From: Vicugna vicugna
Taxonomy: Eukaryota
Length of the DNA stretch: 64,000 nucleotides
Direction of reading: 5' to 3'
NCBI GenBank assembly: GCA_013265495.1
Contig: MU058384.1
Coordinates: forward strand, 3,953,239-4,017,238
The first letter of the stretch is position 1. Each line of letters begins with the position of its first letter. Made by a program: the position numbers and the translations under genes. This document shows, one piece after another, positions 26,931 to 40,050 of this stretch. The notes under the pieces are model-generated. The model had not been told where the DNA came from and made no database searches. It saw only the letters and a list, made by a program, of their open reading frames with translations.

Positions 26931-27032
26931 CGCCTGACAGCCACAAAGTGCAAGAGAAGAAAACTGCTGCCTCCAACCGGCCCTCCTCTGCTGTTTCAGG
27001 ACAAAATAGCAACCCCTCAGGAAATAGACCAG
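26931..27032 (+). CDS. MAP7: MAP7 coding exon (exon 2 equivalent), 102 nt, phase 1-1
   Basis: Polypyrimidine tract ending ttgtgcag|; encodes (A)PDSHKVQEKKTAASNRPSSAVSGQNSNPSGNRP; donor G|gtactg. Confidence 0.93.
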
Positions 27033-27089
27033 GTACTGTGTGTTGCCTTTGCCCTGGAGAAGGGACGCTTATCTCCAGAGCCTTAAAGC

Positions 27090-27320
27090 TTGCTAGAATA
27101 TAGGAGAGCTTGCTTCAAGTCCTGCCACCAAAACACACACTCAGACTGACCTGTATGAATTTAAGTCAGAGAACCACTCACACCTTCATATTCTCTCTTT
27201 AAAATGGAGATTCAAAAATATGCCCTGCTTTACCTCTCAGAATCATTTTGACAATCAATGAGATGATGTATGTGACTACAGTGTTTACTGTCAAGCAGTG
27301 TATTAGGTAATAATTTTTCC
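27090..27320. mobile_element. MIR relic
   Basis: taaaatggaga...tacctctcagaatcattttgacaatcaatgagatgatgtatgtg MIR core; similar cores near 24080-24290, 29600-29830, 36820-36970, 45240-45700 and 57830-58030. Confidence 0.65.
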
Positions 27321-29934
27321 ATTCTGTCTGAAATGACAGGTAGGACACAATTTTCTGTACCTGTATGCCCAGCATTATTGCATGTCTCTTTTGTGACTTT
27401 TTCAAAAAACCACTTAAGGAAATCATTACACACAGCAAAGCCAGTATAGAATTATGTTTTTGTTCTCCATTCCCTGCAATGTTTGTACACCTACACAGTA
27501 ATTTCATTTAATAGCCTATGATTCACGGACTGTTCCACTCAGTGATACAAAGAAGCAAACACTCCGTAAACGTAATATGAACAGTTGAATAGACAATGCA
27601 GTTGCTTCCAAGTATCCAACAACCATTGTGTGGTCCTCGGGAGAGACTTAATGTACAGTAGGATGATAAGAAGCCATCAAAGGAAGGTAAAGGCACATTG
27701 AACACTCCGTGAGGTTCTTGGAAGCTGACTTCATGCTGCATCCAAGGCCAGAGTCACTCAAGAACAGTGAAATCAGTGAGAATAAAGATGGAAATAACTG
27801 TATCTAGCCTCATAGAAAACATTAACTATTGCACCTAGTTTTGTGGGGCTTTTTTCCCACTTGGAAAAGGTATTGAACAGAGCAAGTAAATCTGACTTGC
27901 CATGTAGGAGATGAATAACAGGCACTATTGCAAGGATTACATGAGGAACCATTAGTGGCAAATGATGTGTAGTTTAAGTGGAGTTTTAATTCACAGCCTC
28001 AGATTTCCCCATTTTGCGTGCAGTTTGCATTTTCATTCATTTATCCATCCATCTATCCACCCAAAGCCCAGCCACCATCTAGTGTGTTTTGAGTAGTTGC
28101 CCTATGCCTGGGACCATGAAAGGTATTATATGAGTGAAACAACAGGATCCCTGTCCCCACGGGGCTCATTCTAGTGGGCTTTTGTTCCTTATACTCCAGT
28201 CAGCATCCTTGTGGAAGTAGAAGCTCTTTAGCATGAAAATCCCATTTGTTTTACCATGAGAATTGAACATAACTAAATGGTTTGTACTGTTTTTTTCCCT
28301 TGTTCTCCCCATCAACCATCGTTTCTAATTCCTGCCATTTTTCACTATGGCATTTATACTTTTATATCCTGATAACTTGTTTATTCATGTGGTATTAGCA
28401 CTGTATAGATACTAGGGATGTATTATTAAAGGATGCAATTTCTCCCCTCTAGCTGACAGTTTGATGGACTAAACCAATATATGAATGGATCATTCTAACA
28501 GCATTTCCAGTGTGATAAGAGAGAGATGCAGAGTGCATAGAGAGCACAGAGGCCAGAAAATCTTGTCTACCCCGTTGGCCATCTCTTTATCGAGCCATTT
28601 GATTTGTATTGCTAGAGTCAAGTTCAGTGAGGAGACATTCCTTTTAGGTTGTGTCTTTTGAGTATCCTTGTGTCTGTTTTCTTATACGTACACATAAGCA
28701 AGGTACATTAGAGACTCTTACAGTTAAAACCACCAGGTTGTTTTCCTGAGTATCTCTGAAGATGGTATTAGAGGTTCCATGTTGGAGGGCTAGGCTTGGG
28801 TAAAACCTTTTGATTTTGTGGAATATGAGTCTTGAGAATGTCTAAAGCAGGTGACTGCAGTTTGTTGATTTTCATACTGTACAAACTTAAAAAGGAAAGT
28901 ACATGCTATAGTTAGGGATTTTTTTGACTATTGCTTTAACCGGATATAAGTATCCTGACTGAGTGAAAAAAGGGTCCCTTTTAACACAGTAAATCTTAGT
29001 TAAATTTCTTGCCTTCCTTTACTTGCTGATACTTGAGCTGTAGAACATCTCTGATCTAGAAGGCATCTATTCACATACAAATTGTTAATATTTTACCTTT
29101 AAAACACATAATGGAAGGCCCTCATTGTGTTTTAGAAGCATAGGCACGCTATGTCTCATGTTACCAGGAGGGACAGATACTCTCAGCTGTGAGTACTTGA
29201 ACCCAGTCCCAAAGAGACGCTTTGTAAAGTTACAGGTCTGTTTATGACTGCTGTTTTCCTGAAGCAGTTTGAAATGGTTCTTTAGAACTCTATCGGCTGC
29301 CTCCAAATGATTTAAAGTTTGACCTAATTGAAAGAGAAAATTACATATTCTTCCTGGACCACTGTGTATGTACCTGAGAAAAGCAGAAATTCAAGTTTAT
29401 TAAAAATCCCTCTTCATTCCTGTCCCTCTAGTATTCCCTACCACAGGTCTTTAAGAGCCACTGAAACTTCATTCTTCCTTACTATTTATAAATAAACTTC
29501 CCTCATAGAGGAATGAATGACTTGCAGTCTTCTAGCCCTTCTCTGATGGCTGTATCATGCCATTCTAATGACTCTGTAGGTGCTGTGCTGTGAAAAGGAT
29601 GGGCATGATTGAGTTAAAGACATGATTTTTAAGCTCTTGCTCTACAACATAACTGTGCCACCTTCCTTAGTCACATACGTTTATTTCCCTCAGTTTTCTC
29701 ATCTGGAAAATAGGTATAATAACTCTTCATTGAATGAATAGATGCTTGCCTAACTCGTAGGATTATTGTGAAGAATAAAGTGATAATACATATGAAAGTG
29801 CTTGTGAAATGCAAAGCCCTAACAGAAGCAATTTATTGTACTAACAGTAGTTGTTCAGATAGAAGTCAAGGTCTTGTGAGTTCTTGAAAAACTTCTTCAT
29901 CAGTGAGATTCAGTGAGTTGATTTTCTTGATCTT

Positions 29935-30070
29935 TGAGAGTCACTCTTTAGTTCCAGGGTTTGCAGGACAGTCCAGGTTTACACCTGTCCCCACAGAATA
30001 TTACCAGCACTCCTTTTCACTCTTAAAAGTGCCCTTGTTTGGATGGTCCCGCTTCTCTTCGGTCATCACA
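29935..30070. mobile_element. MER94-like hAT MITE
   Basis: gtccaggtttacacctgtcc...ccttttcactcttaaaagtgcccttgtttggatgg. Confidence 0.6.
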
Positions 30071-31481
30071 GGTAGGCGATTGGATGCAGAGTGCACCTGG
30101 GACCATGAAAGGTATTATACAACTTTACCTCCACCAAAACCCTATTTCTGTTAAAACTTTTCCTTCTGAGAATAAGTAACTTAATTCTATTCTAATAATA
30201 TTAGATCTATTGGGAAACAATGTGAAATGTTCACGATGTTAAATTATTTTCTATACCTTGATTTTGTTCCAGGGAAAAGTGATATGAGAGTAGAAATGAG
30301 AACAGGACAAAGAATTATAGAAAATTCACTGTTTACTTGTAATTGCTCGATTGTTTTTTTTTCCCTGAAAGCCTACCTTTAAAGATAATTTTTTTATCAG
30401 TTTTTAGTTAGTAAAGCTTAAAATTGTAGTTGCTAGCATTTCCATTTTTAAAAGTCTCTTATCAAATACAGGATTGGCATTAGTTTACCCCAGCAGTGTA
30501 TGTTAATGTCAGTTTAAAGGCTCTGAAAGTCAGCTAGGGTTGTTGGCCCATTTGTTCATTCATTCGTTTAATGAATACCTATCTAATGTCCTCCTTTCTG
30601 CCAGCTGTAGTCCTAGGACTGGGAATAGAGCCATGAACAAAACTGACCAGACTCTGCTCTTCCCTACCCCCATTCACAGCCGTCTTTAGTCTGCCACAGG
30701 TGTTATTGACACTCTAGCACTATAAAGTGGCTCTCTTATTGATATAACCAGAGGGATGGAAACAGAATTCAAACTGAGTACTATTTTCTAGTACCAGGTT
30801 CCCAGACCCAACCGAAATCATCCAGCATATCACAGGCTCTATGCGTCTTAGACCAGAAATGTGCTGTATTCATTCTTTACTTCCTCAAACCTAATTCCTA
30901 ATAGTGACTGAGAGTAGTGCTGAAATGATAAAGGCCAGTGGGAATTAATTGGAGTCTTAAGCATTGGCCTTATTTTATACTGTTTATTATTATATTTGTG
31001 TTGGATTGTATACAACCTGGATTCTTACATAACTGTTGTTATCAGACAGGATGCAACTTGTATCACATAATTCATATCCCATTAACAGAATCTGATTTTA
31101 AAGACTCTATTTCATAGACTTTCTATAATGTGCTTATATGGCTTTTATAATGACTTATATTGTGCAATGTTAACCATGATACTTACAGTTAACATCCATC
31201 ATCTTACACAGATTTTAAAAATGGCTTTTTTTTTCCTTGTGATAAGAACTCTTTGGATCTAACCTTTTATATAACACTTTAAAATAGAAGAAAATACTTG
31301 AGAATTCTCAGGAAAATTATAATACAGTGTTATCACTGAAAGTGTAGTCATATGTACTAATTGTGATATTACTATATGTTAAGAAGTAGTGATATTTCAT
31401 TCATCAAATTTACTGGACAAAAAGGTATTTATCCTTTGGGTTTCATCTGCTCTTTTCTCATGTTTTTTATCTTCTTTTCAG

Positions 31482-31559
31482 ACCCTCCACCTGTGCTGCG
31501 GGTTGACGACCGGCAGCGGCTGGCCCGGGAGCGGCGTGAGGAACGGGAGAAGCAGCTAG
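31482..31559 (+). CDS. MAP7: MAP7 coding exon (exon 3 equivalent), 78 nt, phase 1-1; start of the N-terminal coiled-coil microtubule-binding region
   Basis: ttcttttcag| acceptor; DPPPVLRVDDRQRLARERREEREKQL; donor G|gtatca; locally CpG-rich. Confidence 0.96.
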   Translation, partial: TLHLCCGLTTGSGWPGSGVRNGRSS

Positions 31560-34500
31560 GTATCACCTGCCCTCATCTGATCTTTCCGGGACACCGTTGC
31601 TGAAGTGTTACTTCTTCCCCCTCTAGGATAATGGACACTTAACACTGAGCGAAGGCAGGCATCATTCTAACGACCTGTAGCCTGCCTCTGTGAGTTTCAC
31701 CAATGGATTGGGAAACAGAATTTAGTATGTGTTACAAACACAGAACTAAATTTTAAGCAACAGTAATGGCCAGCGCAGGATTAGGCTCATTTTCATGTCT
31801 TGTACTGTAATGACAGTCTAATGTGGCACTGCAGGGAATGTATATATGGGAGGTATGATGGCTCGGCTTACATTTTACAACTGAAAAAATGCCAGGAAAG
31901 TAAGCATGGAAGGTTCTTTTTATGTGAACAGTTATGAGACTGTGCACTGCTGGGGCACCCAGTGCTTTCCAGGCTAAAACAATGCTGCTGTTGGATTTAC
32001 AGACGGATGCTGCCAGTATGCTGCCAGGAAAAACACAAGAGCCAGTGCTGAGGTGTCTGATTTTTCTTTTGTTAAGGCCCTTGCAAAAGGTTAGCGACTA
32101 CAGTATTTGCCACCTAATCACCTAGAGACGGGGTCTCAAGACTAGCTGGCCAGGAAGCCAAGATTGGAGCACTCAGCAGTCCTTGTCTTCTGGCACACTG
32201 AGCAAGGATACTGGTGCCAACTCCTCCATAACTTTGTCCATTTATGCAAAGCTGCTAGAACAGGATACTCTCTTTATGTGCCCTGGAAAGATGAAATATC
32301 TGGTCTGTGTGTCTCAGTGCTTCCAGAAGGTCTGGGTGCTTTAAAACCAGGACTGACTTAGGTTGCTACAACCTTCCCAGTGGATGACCCATAAATTTTC
32401 TAAAGTCCTGCTGTGATTTGTAAGAGTTCATGTGTCAACTGGAGAACCCAGCCGCATATGCCGTCTCTAATTTATTTGTGTTCAAGAACCCAGATTTGCG
32501 AAATTCACTGGAAGCTGGTTCTCAAAAGTCTATTGACATTTGTTTACATTCTTTGAACACAGGCCTCTTTCTCTCCCTTGCCATCATGGTCATATGAGGT
32601 CATTTGTTTTGCTGCCAAGGTTTTTTTAACACAAATTTCAATGACTTGCTGGGAGTAAACGAGCTGCGTTTTCCTGTGTTCAGAGTTTGCACCCAGGCTT
32701 GACGTTCCCCGTCTCTGTCAGGTTTCCCCGGGGCTGCTAGCTTCCTGGAGAGCAGGGCTCCTGTGGCCATGAGGGCTCCCTCTTTACTGGGAGTGCGGTG
32801 CAGTCTGCAGATCTTCCTTTTGTGAGCCATGCTCACTGCTCCCCAGTCAAGATCAGTTTGACAAGGTGTCAGAGCCGAGAGGGAAAGGCAGAGCTCCTGA
32901 AGCGGGAAGAGCATGAAGAAGAAGCAGACTACTGTTCTGGGATGGTTGGTGTTTGCCCTCTGGTTTTGGATCTATCCAAGAATTAGCACTTGTGTCCTTT
33001 TTCCTTCACCATCCCATCCCTGGGGGGTCAGGTTTCACCCTATTAAATGTCTCCTTAGCATTGCAATGTGGACTCATACTGCCTGAGTAAAAGTAGGTCC
33101 AAGGCCTCAGGAGACCACTCCTTTATGATTTAAATCCCATCGTAAATGAGCTTTCCACTCTGTCTCAGACCTCTCCATTTGGGTTTCTTTGTCTTTCAAA
33201 TCTAAGCATTGTTAGGTTTTTTGTGGAAAGTATGAATATGCTGGTCACACAAAAATGGTTTCCCTTTTGCGCTGTAAAGTTGTATAGCTCTGAGCCTGCA
33301 TCTTCTCCCTACAAGTTGCCTAAGTTTATATGTGGAATGGGTGGATTTTTTCCTACTAGGTAGCCCCACATTTTAATTTGTATCAATGATATAGAACATG
33401 ACGTATTAATGTATATATTTTAAAACTTTATTTGTCAGGTATTGGGTTAAAAAGATGAGTAAAGTTGAGACCTAGGCCTCTAGGCCTAGCTGCAGTCTAG
33501 TGGAGGGGAAGAGGGGCAGGTAAACACTCAGCAGTTCTAATGGAGGGTGGTACTGAAGGAGGGGATGTGAGGTGCCACCTGAGCTCCCAAGTAGAAGGGG
33601 AAGAGGAGCTAGAAAAGGTGGGGACTGTAGTGCAGTGATCCAAGGACAGGTGGGAAAGGGCATTTGGTAACAGATCTAAGATTATGATATGGGTCAAAGC
33701 AATGTTCAGATTATTACATTATCCTGTTACCACAACTTTACATTTTTGGTGAGTTAGCGTATCATGGGCATCATTTTTCTTTCCTCTTTCCCCTGCCGTG
33801 TTCAATACCATATTTTTCCTTAATTTTGATCTCATCTCTTTGGTTGTTGTTGAAAGTCATAATTTTAATGAAATATGTTTTTATTTCTTTTATTTACATT
33901 TTATTTTACTCGTTTTTATTTTTTCTCTGCTTTTATTGCATTTCTTTTTAAATTTTAAACTAGTGTCTTTTTGCCGGTTCTTTTCCACTTAGGCTGTCAT
34001 AATAGAAACTAAGTCTTGAGGCTCCCTTCAGTCTTCATAAATACATAAACATGCATGCAAAAGCGCATGTAAATTTGGAAGAGTCATCTAAAATCTAGCA
34101 TCTAATTTAAGCTGTGCCTTAGAATACACAAGGGTGATTTCTAAAAAAAATTTTAGTCCTAAAAGAAAATCAAAGGGCACCTGATAAACTACCAATAAAC
34201 TGTGCTTTGCAGAAGCTATGATGGCAGTGGAAGAGTTAAAAAAAAAAATGGTGAGGAAATATCACTTAATAGCAGATCTTTGAAGTATACTTTTTGAAAA
34301 CACAAGAGCAGTTGGCAACATTAACTGTTTACCAAGCTTTTAGATTTTTAAAGCTTTCTAAGTTTTAAAAAAAAAAAGGAGTACATTCCAGAAATTCCAA
34401 CAAAGCAAAGTTGAAAGTGATTGGCCAGTATGATTGATTATTCCCTGTTGGATGTAGGTTGAAAAACATTGAAATCACTTAAGATTTTCTTTTTAAATCC

Positions 34501-35729
34501 ACATTTTTTTAAAAGCCAGGGAAGAGAGGGAGGATAAAGGTCTTTGTTTTGGGTGGCATGTCATGTTTGTATTGTTTTGCAAGCAGGGAGGATCTATTGC
34601 TAACTTTCTATGGGTTAAATCTGTGAGTCATGCTTTAATGCTTTACGGTAGGATTATGTCATGTGGCCCACTCTTTCTACATTAATCCTTCAATCTATCA
34701 CATAAAATCAGGCCTAATTCTTCAAGTAGGGGACAGTTCTGTTCATTTGGCTGAGCATGTGTACTCTGAAAGCTTTATCTTTCTGCCTTAAAAGCTTTTT
34801 ACATGAAGAAATCTCCTTGGCCACTCTAGTTCATCTGATTTTATTCAGGTCATTCCTTCAAACTTCTCTCTTTTGACTTCTGCATCTTTTTTACCATCTC
34901 TCTTCTGAGCTTTAAGTTTGTTTTTTCTCTGGTGTGGGTGGGGAGAATCATATTTATTCTTATGTTTCAGTTCTCCTTTTTTGCTAATATGGGTTTCACA
35001 TTTCCAACTTCCTCAGAAGGTAGTAAATGTTTTCCTATTATCTGGAACTCAACATTGTCCATCAACTTTCTCTCTAAAACAGTCCCCTAATTTCTGTGTC
35101 CCAGTCAATGGGATGAGCTTTGTAAAAGAAAGGACTTGTGTCATCTTTTAATTTCTGTAGCCTAGTACCTAGAACAGTTCCTGGCACATAGTCAGTGTCT
35201 AACAATTGCTGGTTGAATGGTAAATGAGTAAGTAGTAAGTCTATACATTTCAGTGTAAGTAGAGATGAATGCAGCAGATACACTGCAAGTTAGTTACACA
35301 TTACCAAATTATCCATGATAACCACACTTAGGATAGTCTGGTCAAACAAGTCTTAAATTCTATTGTTTTCTTAGTTAGATGAACAAGAGTACAAAGATAC
35401 TTTATAAAATAATTGTGCCTTAAAACTGCTTGTTCTTCACTTATGTTATGAAACTCATAGTCCTATAATATGTTGACAAATTCAAGAAAATATCTAAGGA
35501 ATATTTAGCAGACAGATAGTCTTCTGTGTTTAGGAAGACACAAGGTTTCTCTTTTGGAAGGTGATATAGATTAAGTGTGAAGTATTGATGGGAACGGAGT
35601 CACATTCCCAGATGGGGGCTTTCCTGAGAGTCGATAAAATCATGAAAGGTTATCAAAGATTTGTGTGATTGACTCATATAAAAATTAAGCTTATCAAATT
35701 TCTCATTCAATTCATTCATATTAGGTTTT

Positions 35730-35812
35730 TTTAATGGAGATCCTGGGGATTGAACCTAGGACCTCATACATGCTAAACATGTGCTCTACCACTGAGCTAT
35801 ACCACCCCCCGC
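35730..35812 (-). mobile_element. Camelid tRNA-derived SINE (Vic-1-like)
   Basis: ggggattgaacctaggacctcatacatgctaaacatgtgctctaccactgagctatacc; imperfect TSD catatt(a/g)g. Confidence 0.85.
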
Positions 35813-37629
35813 CATATTGGATTTTGTAGCTAAGTTCAAAGCTCTACAGGAGATCTATTATAGTGTAGTATATCAGAAACAACAATAACATAAAAAGGAT
35901 TTTGACCTTCAGTTAAATTGTATTTGCATTGCTTCTCAGATAATTTTACCAGACTTCCTTGCCCTTCCAGTTATAGCTTTTCTGCTTTGCTTCCCTTCTG
36001 TCCCTCCAATTGCAGTGTGTTGTCAACTCAAGGATAGCAGTACTAATGAGGATTGTCCAGAGATAAATGATCATTTCAATCTGACTTAAAATGTTCACCT
36101 CAAAAATGTTGATATGGAAGTTAGAATTAATTAGTAAATGACGAATGATGCTGTACCCCTGATTAGAATCGTATGTGAAACTGTCCTTGGTTTCACACTT
36201 CACATTGTTATTGACAGACTTATATAGAACAGTCACTGGTTTTGGCAAGACTATCCACAAAAAAAAAAAAGAAAAAAAACTGACTTTTTTTAAATCCAAA
36301 TTTCTACTGGATAAAGTTTTGACAACCATGTGGTCAACCATGGCATCTGATCTCCTAAAATTGTCACTTAGTGAATGTAGTGTACAAAAGCTCCCAAGAC
36401 TGTCAGGTTATGAACAGTTAAGGGATCTGAGTACCCGTGAGTGGGAGGCGTACGGACATCAGCACATACCAGAGCAACTATATCATGAGTCAGGCTTGAA
36501 AGTGGAAAGGATAGATGCTCGTCACGGGATGGATTAGGTAACTCAAGGCTGAAGCTTTAATATAAGGTGAGTCATTGTGACTAAGCTATTATTTATTTCT
36601 CCCAAGTTTACTTTGCCTTTAAGGCTAGCGATTAAAAGATCTTAAAGCCTGAGAAGTAAAAGGTCTTGTAAATAAATGACGATAAAGGCTAGGAATGACA
36701 GAAGATCAGGATCTTCACATTGGATGACCACCTTGTCCCAGTCTATAGGAGGAACTTTAGTCATAGGGAGGTGGTCCAAATCGTGTCTTTCAGAATAAAG
36801 GCTCATTGTTTTCTTCTAGAGTCAGACAATCCAAAGTTTGGATTCCAGTTCCACCACTGACTTATTGTGAGACATCAGGCAGGTTACTTTACTTCTATGT
36901 GAATAAGTTTAATCAAATAAGTTTAATAGCAGTATCTACCTCATAGGTAATGCCTGTAAATCAGTTGGTGTCAGCACAAAGAGCTGAAGACTTCTCATTA
37001 TGATGATGGTGGGTCATATGACTCCAGGGGCTGACTTAGATGCCTGGGATTAGAGAAACCTAATGTGTCTGAGCTACGAGGAGACAGGGATAGAGGAGTG
37101 TTTGTGCTTCTGGTCTAGCAGGGTGGGGCTCAGTAAGACAGCCAGGGAAAGAGGATGGCAACATTCTATGAGGAGTGAAAGTGGATTAGGGTCAAGGCAG
37201 AACAAAAAGATTCCAAGGACAACCATTGCTTTGTGTGCTTTAGCAAAACTCCATTTATTTTAGCTGAGGCTAAACTCTGAAGAGTTTAAGCCTAGCTCTG
37301 ATGATAAGAAGTCCTGGCACAGTATTGCTTTCCTATCTCAAAAGAAAGGGCCTAGGACTTTCACAGGTGTAAGCCGCTGTCGCAGCACCTCCATCTCATT
37401 AGCCTACCACTGTGTCCAGGGAACAAGGTAGAGTAGGAAGTGCCTTTGTGCAGGAAACACAGTGTTGTGGGTATCCTGCAAGGTCACTCTTATTACCAGG
37501 CAGTTCTCCAATGTAATATTCAAATGATAAGAGAGTGGAAAATAGTTTAAATTGACTAGTTAAGAAGGCTTTGAATTAACACTGAGTCTTGGTGTAGTCA
37601 CCTTGCTTGGAAGTCATATAATCCTTTAA

Positions 37630-38380
37630 CTCTTTAGCTCATTTATTCATCAAGCTTACTTTAACCATCTGCTAGACTAGACACTGTTTTTTATGGAAAG
37701 AACTCAGAAACATGGAAGAACAGAGTAGTTACGATCTGGAGTACACAAACTATAAGGGAAGTCTGAAGGAGCCATGGAAGTACCTTTGCTGCCATGGAAG
37801 TCTCCTCGGTGGAAGGGGCATTTGACTTAGGACTTGAAAGATCATTGAAGTTTGCCAGATGGGAAGAGGTATCTTGAGCAGGGGGTAGCATGTGAAAACG
37901 TACGTGATCATACGGCCAGTCTCAGGAGTTGAACAAGGGACCACAGGGAACAAACAGCTTTTCAAGCAGGACTGTGACATCTGATGTGCTTTAGTGGGGA
38001 GATGTCTCTGAGAACAGTATTCAGGATGGATCTGGAGAGGAGACTAAACACTAGAAGGAAGAAAGGTTTGAGGGCTTAAATACAGTAGCTTCAAAAGGAT
38101 TGGAGAGAAGACACTGCATGAGAGTTCTGTTGTAAAATGATAGGGTCAGTTGTTTGGCAGTGTTGAGTGAGGTTGGAGCATCGTGAGGGAGAAACTGAGG
38201 ATGACCCTGAGGGGTCTAACTTTGTAAACAATAGAAGGTCATGTATCTGGTATCAGAACAAAGGAGGCAGGGCAGGTTCTGGTTTGAGGTGGGGATGACT
38301 GCGCAGATACGAGTAAGGTTATGTTACAGATCTGAGCGGGAAATTCTTGTGGAAATTTAGGCAAGCAGTTGTGAATGTGG
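37630..38380 (-). mobile_element. L2 relic
   Basis: Purine-rich L2 antisense texture, e.g. atttgacttaggacttgaaagatc and ggatgaccctgaggggtctaactt; boundaries approximate. Confidence 0.55.
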
Positions 38381-38803
38381 AGAAATACTAGGTAGTAACT
38401 GAAAGTACAGGCTTGGAATCAGAGCCTGAATTAAAATTTCAGCTCTACCTCTTTTAGACCACGTGATCCTGGGAGAGCTGTTTATCTCCTTGGGTTTTTT
38501 CTTCATTTGATCTTTACTACCAGACAAAATGAAGTTAATATTCCCACATTTATTACAATTTTGTTTTCGATTGCCTGATGTCTATTTGTTTGGGTTTGTT
38601 TTTTGTTGTTGTTGTTGACACTTTTTTAAAGGTTTGTTTCTCTTAAACAACCTGAATGTTTTGGGTTTTGGCCTGGTGTGAAAGTTCCAATCTTAACAAA
38701 CAGGCTTAGTTTTATTCCCTTTAGCTTACTTTTTAAACTTTGTTTTTTTTCCTTTTTTATGGTAGGGGTAGGTTGATGGTGTGGAAGTTGTAAGGGTTGG
38801 TTT

Positions 38804-38983
38804 TTTGGGGGTTTTTTTTGTTTTTTTTTTTTTTTTTACATTTTTTATTGATTCATAATCATTTTCCCATTTTCCNNNNNNNNNNNNNNNNNNNNNNNNN
38901 NNNNNNNNNNTTTTTTTTTTTTTTTTTTTTTTTTTACATTTTTTATTGATTCATAATCATTTTACAGTGTTGTGTCAAATTCC
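38804..38983 (-). mobile_element. Very short young L1 3' tail insertion spanning an assembly gap
   Basis: acattttttattgattcataatcattttacagtgttgtgtcaaattcc is identical to the tail of the 20016 L1; long T-tail; perfect 15-bp TSD tgtaagggttggttt at 38789-38803 and 38984-38998. Confidence 0.9.
38876..38910. other. Assembly gap (35 N)
   Basis: Run of N in the sequence. Confidence 1.
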
Positions 38984-39769
38984 TGTAAGGGTTGGTTTGA
39001 TGCAAGTATTGTGTTTCCCTGTAATAATTTGCAAGTTGTGCTATAATTTTTCATACTGTTAGTGGTTACATTTTCATTCCCATTTCTTGATTATTAAATA
39101 AAATTTAATTAGTATTTCCAACAGAGATGCTCTTATTTTTCATTCCACAGCCCCCTTCCAATGGTTGGTGAGCCAGCTTAAGCCATTAGATTCCTTTTTC
39201 TTTAATTAATATTTAGCATACAAAAAAATTAATGACATGGAGATGAAATTTATTTAAGTGTAAGTAATCACAATAATTGTTAAGATAAAGGACAAAGATT
39301 AAAATTTTAGCACTTAAAATCAAAACAAAAGGAAACCTAATTGTAATCCCATATATGTCCTGAAAGGTAAAAACAATTTAGTCATGAAAATTAACTGAAA
39401 AATATCTTGGCAAACATTTCGTACACATTCTCTAAACTGAAAGTCAGAGAGATTAGCTTATTTTTCCAAGGTCACACAGAATTAGGGGCAGAATCAAGAC
39501 CCAAACTCTCAGAGATTATCACTTGTCATTTACTGACTGACTGGTCATGATGTTATCAGCTATACTGGTAGCCAGTGTTACCAGTAACTTATTCATATCC
39601 TTCCGTATCTTAGTAAGAAACTAAGACAACAGCTGTGTATATTTCAGAGGTTAAGAGTTAACATTGCTCTATTCTCTGAGTGTCATGTCTTTCTTTCCCT
39701 CATACAGTAAAACACGTACTCTCCCCCACACTGATGTAACCCTATTCAGAAGGACCAAGCTGGGCTCTG

Positions 39770-40050
39770 GTAAGGTTCAGTTTCTGATGAGAGCACTGTT
39801 CCTGGCTTGCAGATGGCCCCTTTCTTCTCACGTGCTCTCTCCTCTGAGCATGAAGAGAGGAAGAGTGAACTCTCTGGTGTCTCTTTTTAGAAGGATAGTA
39901 ATTTTATAGGATTAGGCCCCTACCCTTATGACCTCATTTAACCATGATTACTTCCTGAAGGCTGTATCTCCAAATACAGTCCCCTTGGGCATTAGGGCTT
40001 CAGCATATGAATGGGGGGGAGGTGCAGGGGATGCAGTTCAGTCCACCACA
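39770..40050 (-). mobile_element. MLT1A-like MaLR LTR fragment
   Basis: cctggcttgcagatggcc...ccttatgacctcatttaacc...ggcattagggcttcagcatatgaat...ttcagtccaccaca. Confidence 0.8.
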
